Part shown: positions 38,606-52,343 of the stretch, piece by piece
Layout: each line of letters opens with the position of its first letter
How positions within the stretch are numbered: the first letter of the stretch is position 1
DNA from: Octopus bimaculoides
Taxonomy: Eukaryota
Length of the DNA: 64,000 nt
Direction of reading: 5' to 3'
Assembly (NCBI RefSeq): GCF_001194135.2
Contig: NC_069004.1
Coordinates: 12,596,686 to 12,660,685 of the forward strand
Made by a program: the position numbers and the translations under genes
Notes under the pieces: model-generated
What the model was told of the DNA's origin: nothing
The model's database searches: none
The model's input: the letters and a program-made list of their open reading frames with translations, nothing else

Positions 38606-38900
38606 ATATTCATCTGTCATTGTGGACGAGGGCCAAAGATATCACACAGGAGAAGAAGATGGGTCGTGGTGCATCCAGCTGTGGACAATCAGGTCGATGT
38701 ATGCTCAGAAGGTTCTGCCACAGGTTGGGAACTGGTGGTCTGCTGGGAATGAAGGCAAGGAGCTGACTTTGGACTCGCACAGCTCACATTTTGTTCATGT
38801 TCCTGCAATTCTATTCTGTTCATAGGAAGTGACACCTCTGTTGGTGCAGCTATAGCAGGCAGGGCGGTTTTGTGCTTACTGAAAGCACTTCAGTGAGGCC
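38606..38900 (-). mobile_element. RTE/BovB-like ORF 3' end
   Basis: On -: EQNRIA...FPTCGRTF*AYIDLIVHSWMH, a decayed version of the BovB-type C-terminal CxxCxRxF...H motif. Confidence 0.6.
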
Positions 38901-39401
38901 TTGAGCGTATACAAATACACACGTATACTGGTGTCACATCTGTGCTGGCACCACCATGTAAAAAGCTCCCATGCTGGTGCCACATAAAAAAAAGCACCCA
39001 GTAACTCTGTAAAGTGGTTGGCATTAGGAAGAGCATCCAGTTGTAGAAACCACATCTAAACAGACAAATGGAGCCTGGTGCAACTCTCTGGCTTGAAGGC
39101 TCCTTGTCAAATTCGCCAATTCATGTCAGCATGGAAAACAGATGTTAAATGATGATGATGATGATGATGATGATAGTGATGACAAGCTTCCACACCACAC
39201 AGTTTCCGTTTACCAAATTCACTCACAGGGCATTGGTTGGCCCTGGGATATAGTAGAAGACATTTGCTCAAGGGGTTGTGCAGTGGGACTGAACCTGAAA
39301 CCATGTGGATGCAAAGCAAGCTTTGAAAGTACACAGCTCTGCCTGCACCAGATAAACGTAAACCACTAACACACACATACACGCACACACATACACGCAT
39401 A

Positions 39402-39449
<48 letters not shown>

Positions 39450-40415
39450 TGTTCACACACAAGCATGCTCACATACTCACACACACAAACATACACTCAC
39501 ACACATGCACTCACACACAGATACAGACACACAAACACACACACATACAAACACACACACACACACAGACACACAAACACTCACACATACATACATACAC
39601 ACATACATGCTCACACGTGCAAACACACACACAGACATGCGCAGATATGTTAGTAGCCATTCTGGTCACCTGCCAATGCCAACACTTTTACTCTGAACTC
39701 CTGGATTATTTTCTATCTTATTGTTGATAAAGGGAATCTTTCCCTAAATATAACAGAACCATTAAATAACCTTTGTAAGGTAATACAATATCTTGTTTTT
39801 GGTTTTGTTTCATTGGTATCACCTTACATACTCAGCTGAACTTCTCACCTGCATTGCTGAAAGGTCTACTTATAAATATTTATATTATCATAATAATAAT
39901 AATTATTATTTTTATTATTATTAATGTTATTATTATTAAGGTGAGCTGGCAGAATCGTTAGCATGTTGGGTAAAATGCTTATAGGCATTCGTCCATCTTT
40001 ACGTTCTGAGTTCAAATTCTGCCAAGGTCGACTTTGCCTGTCATCCTTTCAGGGTGGATGAAATAAGTACCAGTTACACACTGGTGTCGATGTAATTGAT
40101 TTACCCCCTTCCGCAAAATTTCAGGCCTTGTGCATATAGTAGAAAGGATTATTATTATTATTATCATTATTACTATTATTATTATTATTATTAGAGTGAA
40201 GGCGCATGGCTCAGTGGTTAGAGCGTCGAGCTTACGATCGTGAGGTTGTGAGTTCGAATCCTGGACCGGGCTGCGTGTTGTGTCCTTTCACAGTTCATGA
40301 AATAAGTACTAGTTATACACTGGAGCTGATGTATTCAACTCATCCCCTCCCCCAAAGTTTCAGGCCTTGTGCCTATAGTAGAAAGAACTATTATTATTAT
40401 TATTATTATTAGAAA

Positions 40416-40790
40416 GCGAAATCGTCATGGCACCTGTGCCCAGCATCGCCTCCCTGGCACTTGTGCCGGATGGCATGTGTAACGACATTCGAGTGAGATC
40501 GTTGCCAGTGCCGCTGGACTGGCTCCTGTGCAGGTGGCATGTAAAATACACCATTTTGAGCATGGCCATTGCCAGTACCACCTGACTGGCCTTCGTGCCG
40601 GTGGCACGTAAAAGCACCCACTACACTCTCGGAGTGGTTGGCGTTAGGAAGGGCATCTAGCTGTAGAAACTCTGCCAAATCAGATTGGAACCTGGTGTAG
40701 CCATCTGGTTTCACCAGTCCTCAGTCAAATCGTCCAACCCATGCTAGCATGGAAAGCGGACGTTAAACAATGATGATGATGATGATCATC
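40416..40790 (-). mobile_element. RTE 3'-UTR-derived repeat (family D) with (GAT)n tail
   Basis: ...aagcacccactacactctcggagtggttggcgttaggaagggcatc...gcatggaaagcggacgttaaac(gat)n. Other copies at 3325-3545, 22870-23130, 31740-32100, 38935-39150, 51525-51820, 52440-52610 and 60540-60752. Confidence 0.8.
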
Positions 40791-41465
40791 ATCATCATCA
40801 TCATCATTATTATTATGTTGATGATGATAACGATGAGTATGTTAATAAAGTGCCTGACTGTCAACTATGTTTCTAGATTCAATCCTACCGTTTGGAATCT
40901 CAGGTAAGAATCTTCTATCAGAGAAATTATTCTAAGAGTGTGTGTGTAGTGTACGCATTTGTGTACTTGTGCTTTAGTAAATCAGTGTAAATATATAGTA
41001 GTAGTAGTAGTAGCTACATCTCCAAAGGGACAGAACTCAATATGGTGAACTATGTCATTCACTGAATAGCTATCATGACTACAAATATATACATACAGAT
41101 CAACAGACTGACGAACAAACAGACAGACAGGAAGACTGATGGAGAAGACCAGTGAAGTGAATAATTAGTAGTACTTAAGTGTGTTTCCTGAGTTCAAATA
41201 TCACAAGGATGAACTCCATATGTAATGTATATGTGTGTGTGTCTGTGTGTAATATATATGTTAAATATCAACATTATACTGTAGTCGTAGTAGTAGCAAC
41301 AGCAGTTGTAGTGATTATATAGGGCAAAACTTCAGGTTCAGCCATTTATAAAATGTATGCTACACAAAAGTAAAATGGAGAATATGTGGTAGTTCATGTT
41401 GCTAGTAATAGCAACTAAATCTGTTTCAAATCCCTCCTATATAACATAAATAGAAGATATATCAG

Positions 41466-41531
<66 letters not shown>

Positions 41532-41602
41532 CATATACATACAAATATACATATATATACATATATACACACACACACATATATATATATATACACTTAT
41601 AC

Positions 41603-41639
<37 letters not shown>

Positions 41640-42719
41640 TGTATATATATNNNNNNNNNNNNNNNNNNNNNNNNNNNNNNNNNNNNNNNNNNNNNNNNNN
41701 NNNNNNNNNNNNNNNNNNNNNNNNNNNNNNNNNNNNNNNNNNNNNNNNNNNNNNNNNNNNNNNNNNNNNNNNNNNNNNNNNNNNNNNNNNNNNNNNNNNN
41801 NNNNNNNNNNNNNNNNNNNNNNNNNNNNNNNNNNNNNNNNNNNNNNNNNNNNNNNNNNNNNNNNNNNNNNNNNNNNNNNNNNNNNNNNNNNNNNNNNNNN
41901 NNNNNNNNNNNNNNNNNNNNNNNNNNNNNNNNNNNNNNNNNNNNNNNNNNNNNNNNNNNNNNNNNNNNNNNNNNNNNNNNNNNNNNNNNNNNNNNNNNNN
42001 NNNNNNNNNNNNNNNNNNNNNNNNNNNNNNNNNNNNNNNNNNNNNNNNNNNNNNNNNNNNNNNNNNNNNNNNNNNNNNNNNNNNNNNNNNNNNNNNNNNN
42101 NNNNNNNNNNNNATATGCATGTATGTATGTATCATCCCCATCATCATCATTTAATGTCAGTTTAAATGATGATGATCTTTTTATATACATATACATATAT
42201 ATAGAGAGAGAGAGATGGGATGGCCACCCCTGGAAAGCTTTTGGTCATAGAGCTACTTGATTAGGACAGACCTGGGATTAAATAATGACAACCTTTCTTG
42301 CATAGTTGCAGGACCTACTAAAAATAGCAGCTAAATCTCCACAGCCTATCATTTTCAAAAAGGAATGTCAGAGCTCATACAACAACAACAATAAAGAACA
42401 TGTCACCCTGCCAAACAGTATTTAAAGATCCATGAAACACAAAATTCTTCTGTTGTATATGTTGTCTAAACTGTTTCCTTGGTTACACTGACATAACTAT
42501 AATAATGGTTTCAAATTCTGGCACAGAGCCAGCAATTTCTAGGGAGGGGTGAGTCGATTACATCAACCCAGTGCTCGACTGGTACTTATTTCATTGACCC
42601 TAAAAGGATGAAAAGCAAAGTCGGTCTTGGCAGAATTTGAACTCGGGACATAAACACGGATGAAATACCACTTATCATTTTGCCCTGCATATTAACGATT
42701 CTGTCAGCTTGCTGCCTTT

Positions 42720-42893
42720 GACATAACAAAATTAAGAAAAATAATAAAAACTTGCCTCCTTGGCATGGCCAGAATTATCAGGAAGGTATTAGGTAGTTGA
42801 AAAGAAGAGACAGCATGATACCATACGATGCAGGTAGCAAGCCCACCAGGTATGCAAAACTCCAGGAGTGCCACTAAAACCCAACTTAAAGGA

Positions 42894-42895
<2 letters not shown>
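42720..42895 (+). mobile_element. Short R4/Dong-like 3' end
   Basis: KTCLLGMARIIRKVLGS*, then a short UTR ending in (ATG)n. Confidence 0.6.
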
Positions 42896-42926
<31 letters not shown>

Positions 42927-43119
42927 GTGGTGGTTTCAAATTTTGGAACAAGGGCAGAGGAGGGAGGGGGCAAGTGGATTACATCAATCCCCACCCCATA
43001 TGTGTTCGACAAGTACTTACTTCATCAACCCCTGAGGGGGAAAGGCAAAGTCAACCTCAGTGGAATTTGAACTCAGAACATAAAGATGGATGAAATGCTG
43101 CTAAGAACTTAGCCTGGCA

Positions 43120-43194
<75 letters not shown>

Positions 43195-43685
43195 CCAAGT
43201 AAGTAGTAATACCTATCGGGCAGTATGCCAACACTACGATAGAGAAACTGAGAATAAATGGTATAAACATGTGCCAAACAAGGTACATGACAATGACCAA
43301 GCCACAGTCATCTGGGATATGCCTGTTCAAACTGGCAAAGGAATAAAAGCTAATCACCCAGACAATAATCAAGGATTGAGGAAAAAAAAAAAACGCCTAC
43401 TTACTGATAGACATTGCAGTCCTTTCTAACCAAAATATGCTCAAAAAGAAGTAGAAAAATTGTCGAAGTACAAAGATCTCAAAACTGAAGCATTCAAGAT
43501 GTGGGGCGTGAAGGTGAAAATAATACAGTAATAATTGGCACGTTGGATACAAAACATATGAATGAAAATGTAGAAGCTATATGTGGACTGTCTATGCTAC
43601 AGACTATCCAACAAATAAATCCTGCTAGGAACAGCCCACATCTTATGCAAGACACTATAATTATAATATTACAACCCAAATAAAA
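43195..43685 (+). mobile_element. R4/Dong-clade 3' fragment, third copy
   Basis: Hand translation gives KWYKHVPNKVHDNDQATVIWDMPVQT...LIDIAV...EKLSKYKDL...LGTAHIL. Frameshifted. Confidence 0.8.
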
Positions 43686-43715
43686 CAATCCACAAACACA
43701 AGACATACTCTAATA

Positions 43716-44078
43716 CAGGGGTTTTCAAACTGTGGTCCGCGGACCACAGGGGGTCTGCAAGGACAAGACAAGGGGTCTGCAAGGACAAGACAAGGGGTCT
43801 GCAAGGACAAGACAAGGGGTCTGCAAGGACAAGACAAGGGGTCTGTGGACAGCAAATACTTTTTATGGGCAATTTGATTTTATATATGTTTTTTAATTGA
43901 AATCTTTTAATTGACAATAAACCTATTTGTTAAATACTGTTAAATAAATAAATGTAAAAATATATATTATTTTAAGCAAATATTTATGTATAAATTTCAT
44001 AAGTGTTTATAAGGGGGTCCCTAAGGTAAAGCCTGAAATATAAAGGTGTCCACAAGTCAAAAAGTTTGAAAACCCCTG
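43716..44078. mobile_element. hAT (Charlie-like) MITE
   Basis: TIR CAGGGGTTTTCAAACT / AGTTTGAAAACCCCTG. 8-bp TSD ctctaata / atctaata (7 of 8 match). Confidence 0.85.
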
Positions 44079-44372
44079 ATCTAATACAGTAAATATGCAA
44101 TAAAATAAACAACTCTTTACATGAACTCTTTAGGTCGGACGCCCAGTAGAAGAAGACAACTCGCATTACACACACACAACACAAACACTAATACAACAAA
44201 AAATTGCAACCAGGCTGCATAGCAAAGCAAACTGATGCAATACAATACTGCAAAGAATTTGTACTCATCCAACAATAAAAAAACAAAAATACACAATGCT
44301 GCACACACCCCCAGCAATACGGAAGTGTAGCAGATAATGCAATAGAAATTTGCCTGAAACTATCAAATGTCA

Positions 44373-44427
<55 letters not shown>

Positions 44428-44544
44428 GTGGCGGGGGGCAGTTTCAGGCATTATCTGCTACACTTCCATATTGCTGGGCTGTGTCGAATAATAATGATGA
44501 TGATGATTTCTTTATTAACCATAAGGGTTTAGATGAAAATGCCC

Positions 44545-46262
44545 TGATGCTGTACCAGGCAGTGGCTCTCATGGCTTTTGATCTTAACTGATTGGAAGTG
44601 TTATCATGTACATTGTTTTGTCTTGGTATAAAAGATGGGCTGCAGCAAATATTCTGCTTAATACCACAGATTTGCTTGTCAGTTGTTTGAGCATGTCCCT
44701 TAGAGGCTGATGAATATGTGCATCTCTGATCACGAGCAGAAGTAGTGGTGGGAGCCATGTGTCGAGAGGAATTCTTTTGGGTTTGAATAACTCACCTCTG
44801 GAAACACGGGTGTTTTGTGCATCATCTTTAAAACAAACCTTATACAGGGACCTTTTGAGCAGGATGGGTGACTTGACCTGAAGAAAATACTAACTGGGAC
44901 CCATCTGCAAGGTCATGCACTGTTTATCTTGATATGAGATCACAATGTCGCATACATATGGTTGTGATGCATGTGCCTGCTGTACCCTTATCAGATAGGC
45001 AGTCATGATGGGTATATTGGGTGTTGTATATTTATAGCCCAGTGTCACTGATGGCAAGCGCTGCTCTCTCACTCAATAATAATAATATAATATTCTGCTC
45101 AATGCCAAATAAAAAATGGACTACAGCAAATATTCATCTCAATACCAGATTTTCTTGTCAGTTGTTTGATCCTAACCAGTTGAGCATGTCCTTTAGTGAC
45201 TGATGATATGTGCATCTCTGATCATGAGCAGAAGTAGTGGAGGAGCATCACAGCTGTGTGTTGAGAGGAATTCTTTGGGGTTTCAATAATTCACTTTTTG
45301 GAAACATGGGTGTTTTGTTCACCATCCTTAAATAACTCTTATTCAGAGACCTTTTGATCAGGATGGGCTACTCGACCTGAAGAGAATCCTAATTCAGCCC
45401 GACCTGCAAGGTCATGTGCTGTTTGTCGTGAGATGAGATCACCACATCATGTACATATGATATGGTTGTGATGCATGTGCATGGTGTACCCTTACCAGAT
45501 GACCAGGATGGGTGACTTGACCTGAAGAAAATACTAACTGGGTCCCACCTGCAAGGTCATGCACTGTTTATCTTGATATGAGATCACAATGTCGCACACA
45601 TATGGTTGTGATGCATGTGCCTGCTGTACCCTTATCAGATAGGCAGTCATGATGGGTATATTGGGTTTTGTATATTTATAGCCCAGTGTCACTTTGATGG
45701 CATGCACTGCTTTCTCACTCAACAACAACAAAAACAACACATATCCTGATGCAGCACCAGGCACTGGCTCTCATGTTATCATGTACATGTTGTCTTGGTA
45801 TAAAAGATGGGTTACAGCAAATATTCTGCTCAATACCACAGATCTGCTTATCAGTTGTTTGACCGTCACTAGTTGAGTATATTCCTTCATGGCTGACAAT
45901 ATGTGCATCTCTGATCACTAGCAGGAGTAGTGGGGGAGCACCATAGCCATGTGTTCAGAGGAATTTTGTTGGGTTTGAATAATTCACCTCCAGAAACATA
46001 GTTGTTTGTTCATCATCCTTAAATGACCCTCATTCAGGAACTTTTTGAGTAGGATGGGCTACTTGACCTGAAGAAAATTCTCACTGGGCCCCACCTGCAA
46101 GATCAAGTGCTGTTTATCTTGATATAAGGTCACCATGTCACACACACATGGTTGTGATGCATGTGCCTGGTGTGCCCTTATCAGACAGGTAGTCATGATG
46201 GGTATATTGGGCTTCATATATTTGTAACCTAGTGTTGCTTTGATGGCATGCACTGCTCTCTC
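44545..46262. repeat. Tandem array of a roughly 550-bp AAT-flanked interspersed element (about 3.5 units)
   Basis: Unit begins gatgc.gtaccaggcagtggctctcatgg and ends ggcatgcactgctctctc. A dispersed copy lies at 25625-26585. Confidence 0.85.
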
Positions 46263-46410
46263 AATAATGATGATGATGATGATGATGACGCCGATGATGA
46301 TTTCAAATCTTGACCAGCAAGTTTGGGGAACAGGTTAAGTCAATTACATTGACCCTTGACTTTTATTCCTGATATAAATGTTGGCTTTCTCATTGGTAAT
46401 ACTTTTTTCC

Positions 46411-46440
<30 letters not shown>

Positions 46441-46444
<4 letters not shown>

Positions 46445-46872
46445 GGCAAGAAGAAAATGGAGGAAAAATAACAGGAAGAGATTGGTCGTTTGCACTAGTA
46501 AGCCATTAATTTAATTAATTAATTAATTAAGAATGGTAGTAATAGTACATTTACGGTGGTTTCTGTTTACCAGTTGTGGTGGTAGACATCATAAGAATGC
46601 AGAGTCATATGTAGAGGTAAGAAGAGCGAAAGACATAGGAATACATTGGTAACGAGAATAAAGACAAAGAATGGTGAGTCTTACATTATAGTAGATTTCT
46701 TAGTTGATAATTCTACTACAAAGTGGATGTAGGATGGAAGTTATTTTGATCTGTAGTCCTAATATTGTACTATTACTACCGCTTTTCTTTATTAATTAAT
46801 TAAATTAATGGATTACTAGCACAAATGACCAATCTCTTCCTGTTATTTTTCCACTATTTTCTTCTTGCATAT
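46441..46872. mobile_element. MITE or fold-back element with about 110-bp imperfect TIRs
   Basis: gcaagaagaaaat...aacaggaagagattggtc...ggtagtaatagtaca is mirrored at the right end. TA-rich flanks. Confidence 0.75.
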
Positions 46873-47416
46873 AATTTAAACTATGGTTTACCTGCTGAAT
46901 TACCTTCCACCGTATACCTTTTACCAAGCCTCACCTAGCCTTTCCAGTTGTTTGTGGCAATAACAATAATAAATCCTTTTTACTAAAGACACAAGGCCTG
47001 AAATTTCGGGGGAGAAGACTAGTTGATTACATCGACCACAGATTTACTAGTACTTAAGTTATTGACCCCGAAAGGATGAAAGGCAAAGTTGACCTTGGTG
47101 GAATTTGAACTCAGAACGTAGCAACTACTAAGCATTTCACCCAGCATGCTAACGATTCTGCCAGCTTGCCATAAGGTCTGAATAATAATAATAATAATAA
47201 TAATCCTTTCTACTAAAGGCACAAGACCTGAAATTGAGGGGAGGGGACTAGTCGATTGCACTGACCCTAGTGTTTCACTGGTATTAATTTATTGACCCCG
47301 AAAGGATGAAAGGCAAAGATGACCATGGTAGAATTTGAACTCAGAACTAGGTATGGGTGAAATACCACTAAGCATTTTCCCTAACATGCTAATGATTCTG
47401 CCAGCTCGCCACAAGG

Positions 47417-47461
<45 letters not shown>

Positions 47462-47464
<3 letters not shown>

Positions 47465-48370
47465 AAGCATATGAAAATCCGTGCTAAAGCTGCTGCCTTA
47501 GATATTCCTACTAATAAATGGCATGGAAAACCTCTCAATGGCAAATACCCAAAGAGAGCTAATAGTGATGATGTTGACAAAGCCCTTACCCATCAATGGT
47601 TAGTGTCTTCTGGCTTAAAATCAGAAACAGAAGGGTTTATCGTAGCAGCCAAGATCAATGCCTACCTACAAGGAACTACCAGGCTAACATATTAAAGAAC
47701 GGCAGTAGCCCAACATGTCGTGTATGTAAACAACAAAATGAAACCACTGATCACGTTGTCTCCATGTGCAGTCTTCTTGCACCTGCGGAGTATCTCAACA
47801 GGCATGATAGAGCAGCACAATATATTCACTGGGTAATTTGCGAAAACCTGGACCTGCCCCATGATAAAAACTGGTGGGAACACAACCCACCTCTAGTGCT
47901 TGAAAATGATCACATCTCACTCCTCTGGAACTTTACCATTCAAACTGACAGAAAGATAGATGCGAATAGGCCAAACATTATATTGAAAGGCTTCAGACCA
48001 AAAAATCGACCATAAATGTATCTGTGAAGACCTACCAAAAACTGAGCAAGTATAAAGATCTTGAAATAGAAATTGGCAAAATGTGGAACCACAAGACTAA
48101 GACAATACTTGTTGTCATACGTACCTTAGGAATGATAGCAAAAGGGTCTGATTGCTACCTAGCTCAGATAGTAGAAAACTCCAAAATGGCAGAAATTCAA
48201 AAGATAGTGCCCATGGGAACTGCCCATATCCTACATAAAATACTGTCTATGTAATCTCAAATTTAAAAAAAAAACTCATAATTTTCTTATGTTTTCTGAA
48301 ACATTCTCTAGAACAATACTATGTGCAAAACCAAATATATGACACCCTAGGCATAACACCAACTTCTAAC
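47462..48370 (+). mobile_element. 5'-truncated R4/Dong-clade retrotransposon, second subfamily
   Basis: SETEGFIVAA, CRVC...H...C knuckle, LNRHD, LLWNFTIQTDRKIDANRP, GTAHILHKILSM*. Begins directly after (AAT)n at 47422-47461. Confidence 0.88.
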
Positions 48371-48742
48371 TTGTCTCTGTGGTCATGCTGGAGCACCGCC
48401 TTTAGTTGAGCAAATTGACCCCAGGACTTATTCTTTGGAAGCCTAGTACTTATTCTATCGGTCTCTTTTGCCGAACCGCTAAGTTACGGGGACGTAAACA
48501 CAACCAGCATCAGTTGTCAAGTGATGTTGGGGGGACAAACACACACACACACATATATATATGTTCATATATATGATGGGCTTCTTTCAGTTTCCGTCTA
48601 CTAAATCCACTCACAAGGCTTTGGTCGGCCCGAGGCTATAGTAGAAGACACTTGCCCAAGGTGCCACGCAGTGGGACTGAACCCAGAACCATGTGGTTGG
48701 TAAGCAAGCTACTTACCACACAGCCACTCCTATGCCTACGCC

Positions 48743-48775
<33 letters not shown>

Positions 48776-49917
48776 CCTTTCTACTATAGGCATAAAGCCT
48801 GAAATTTGGGAAAGGGGGTCTTGTTGAATACATTGATCTCAGTGTTCAACTGGTATGTATTTTATTGACCTCGAAAGGCATGGAAGCCTTAGCTGACTTC
48901 GGCGCCATTTTAACTCAGAACGTAAAACCAGAAGAAACTACACTTAGCATGCTAACAATTCTGCCAGCTTGCTGCCTTAACAATGATGATAATGATAGTG
49001 ATGATGATGATGATGATGATGACTCGTTTACTGTGATATCATTGTTTCATCTGGTTTGCTTCATTCATTCGTCAAAGTTTCCTTCGCCTAAAACAAAGCT
49101 TCTTTTAATTGGTAAAAAAAAACAAAAAAAACCCTCATTCCTTTTATGAAATATTTAATAACCATCCAATTATTTTTAGCAATTAACAGTAGCCACACAT
49201 CATTCCCAACTATAACTACGCGACCAAGCGGACTCTCTCTCTCTCTCTCCTCCGTTAAGTCTTCCATTCCTCATCTTGTCTTTCCACCTTTTTCGCACCA
49301 TTCTTCTTCTTCTCTCTTTCTCCATCTGTTCACTACAATCCTCTTTCTCTTCTCTGCACACACACTCTTTAAACACACCAATCAAAATTCAAACTTCAAA
49401 CGAACTACTTCCATGTCCAATCAATAAAAAAAAAAGAAAACACAACTAATGATACAAATAAAAAAAGGAATAGAAGAAATCACTATTTTCCATTTTGTCC
49501 AAGTATATATATATATATATATATATACACCAACTTAGGTAGTCTATAGCATCTGCTTTTCAACATGATGTTTTTATACGCTCGGCTCTCACACTTATTG
49601 GCTCTGCTTTTCATTCAGTTATTAGTAGGGTGCGGTCAGTTAATACAAGTGGAATGACTCATATTCTAGGGGCTGTTGACTCAATACGCATACGCACACA
49701 CACACACGCACATACACACACAAGCAAACACAAATGAACACAAATTAAGCATTGAGTTTCATCATTCTCTGCAGCTGCCAGCTCTCGGAGTGTGGACTGC
49801 TCTTCCAAAAACACTCTCGAAATTCAGCTATTTTAACAAAGATTTCCAAGTGGTTTTAATCCCATGACCATCCCACAGAGTAGCTTGGACAGTTCTCAAA
49901 GATAGAAAGAAAAGGCC

Positions 49918-50470
49918 ATGGAGAGAGGGGGAGGGAAAGAAAGAGGAGAGGGAAAGAGGGGCAGAAAGAGAGAAAAGATGGGGAGACAGAAAAAAGAGAG
50001 AGGGAGAGAGAGAAAGGAGAGAAAGAAGAGAGGAGAGAAAGAAGAGAGGAGAGAAAGAAGAGAGGAGAGAAAGAAGAGAGGAGAGAAAGAAGAGAGGAGA
50101 GAAAGAAGAGAGGAGAGAAAGAAGAGAGGAGAGAGAGTGGGAGAGAGTAAAGTGAGAGAGGTGGATAGAAAAAATGAGAGAGGGGGATAGAAAAAATGAG
50201 AGAGGGGAGAGAGAAAGAAAAGTGAGAGAGGGAGAGAGAGAGAAAGGAAAGTGAGAGAGGGAGAGAGAGAAAGGAAAGTGAGAGAGGGAGAGAGAGAAAG
50301 GAAAGTGAGAGAGGGAGAGAGAGAAAGAAAAGTGAGAGAGGGAGAGAGAGAGAGAAAGAAAAGTGAGAGAGGGAGAGAGAAAGAAAGAAAACTGAAAGGG
50401 GGAGAGAGAAAGAAAAGTGAGAGAAGGAGAGAGAAAGAAAAGTGAGAGAGGGAGAGAGAGAAAGACAAGT
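49918..50470 (+). repeat. About 550-bp polypurine compound repeat (AAAGAAGAGAGGAG and AAAGTGAGAGAGGGAGAGAG units)
   Basis: Almost pyrimidine-free on +; explains the spurious ORFs at 49856-50509. Confidence 0.9.
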
Positions 50471-51075
50471 AAGGTGGGGGGAGCGAGACAGAAGAATCAG
50501 CTGCAACACTTGACTAATTTTTTTTTATTTATCATCTCCCAAAAGACAGAATGTAAAAGCTGACTTTGGTAGGAATTGAACCTCAACACATCCTATCCAA
50601 CACTCCAAGGATTCTAATAATTCACTGCAGTTGCGTCAACTCGGAAAAACAATATTTTAAAAACCAAACCGTGGCACTAAAACAGTGGTTCACAACCCGG
50701 GTCCATGTGACCCCTGAAGGTCCACATTAAGATTAGGGGCCAAATAAGCAAAATAGTAAATAGGGTCTGCAATATTATTTGAAGGGGTCATGAAAATATT
50801 TTGCAACAGCTCAGTTTCTTTCATGGTTCAAACTACACAAATGAATGTGCAATGAACAAAATACCTTATTTTAATATGTATAAGGAACCCTCACGTATAA
50901 GGAACCCCCTAATTTTGGGGGGTTAAAATTTGGAAGAAAGGTTTTGTAAGGGATTATAATACTATCCATGTATAANNNNNNNNNNNNNNNNNNNNNNNNN
51001 NNNNNNNNNNNNNNNNNNNNNNNNNNNNNNNNNNNNNNNNNNNNNNNNNNNNNNNNNNNNNNNNNNNNNNNNNNN

Positions 51076-51115
<40 letters not shown>

Positions 51116-52304
51116 TGGTGTTGTTTAGCCGAAGGTTAGCTTCAATCATGTACACCTTTGATCAAAGATGTTGCAGTCATGACCAGTGAATCTTCCTTTT
51201 TTTCCACACACCTGTATTCAAGTCTACATCAGCCAACATGTTTGTTTTTGTTATTTTTTGCATTTTTTTAAAACGGCAAAGTGTGTGAGTTGGAGGAAAT
51301 TTGGCTACTATTTCTAGTAAAAAAAAAGTGGCCACATAGGAGCTTCTTCAGTTAGTTATTTAATCATGGTTCCAATATTGCAAAGCATCACGATTTGATA
51401 TGGCAGGAATTAACTCAAGAATACAAAGAATTATATAAATTAACATTTCCAAGGTATATCAGCTGTGTGGTTAAGAAGTTTGTTTCGTAATTATATGGTT
51501 TCAGGTTCAATCCTGCTGCACAGTACATCATCATTTAACGTCCATTTTCCATACTGGCATGTGTTGGACAGTTTGACAAGAGCTGGCCAGCCAAAGAGCT
51601 GCACCAGACTTCAATTGTCTCCGTTATGGCATAGTTTCTACTGCCGGGTATCCTTTCTAATGTCAACCATTCTACAGAGGGCACCAAGAGCTTTATAGGT
51701 GGCACCAGCACAAGCAATTTATACATGACATTGGCACAGGTGCCAATTATGCAGCACTGGCATGGGTGCTCTTCTACACAGCACCAGCAAGGGTGCTATC
51801 TTAAAAGGCACGAGCACAGGTCAAGTGACTGATGTGAGGAGAACTTCCTTTTTTCTTCACAGACTTCAGAATAAATCATTAAAATAAAAAGAAAAATCAC
51901 CAATTAAGATAGTACAGGAAAACAACTAATTAATCACTTATCAAACTTTAATTTCTAATCAAACAGATGACTAAACTAGATGTAGTTATTCTCTGACAAG
52001 TACCATATTTGATGGCACATAAAAGAAAAGTTCTAAAACTTGTCTTGTGTTATAAATGAGAAGCTGAGGCCTTCAAACTAATTTTTTATCTTTATTCTTT
52101 TACTTGTTTCTGTCATTTGACTGTGGCCATGCTGGAGCACCGCCTTAAAGGGCTTTTTTAGTCGAAGAAATCGACCTCAGGACTTATTCTTTGTAAGCCT
52201 AATATTTATTCTATTGGTCTCTTTTGCTGAACTACTAAGTACAGGGACATAAACACACCAACATCGGCTGTCAACAATGGTGGGGGGACAAACACAGACA
52301 TAAA

Positions 52305-52343
<39 letters not shown>

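Noticed and set aside
49856-50509. Leu/Ser-rich and Glu/Arg-rich ORFs
   Set aside because: Translation of the GA-rich repeat.
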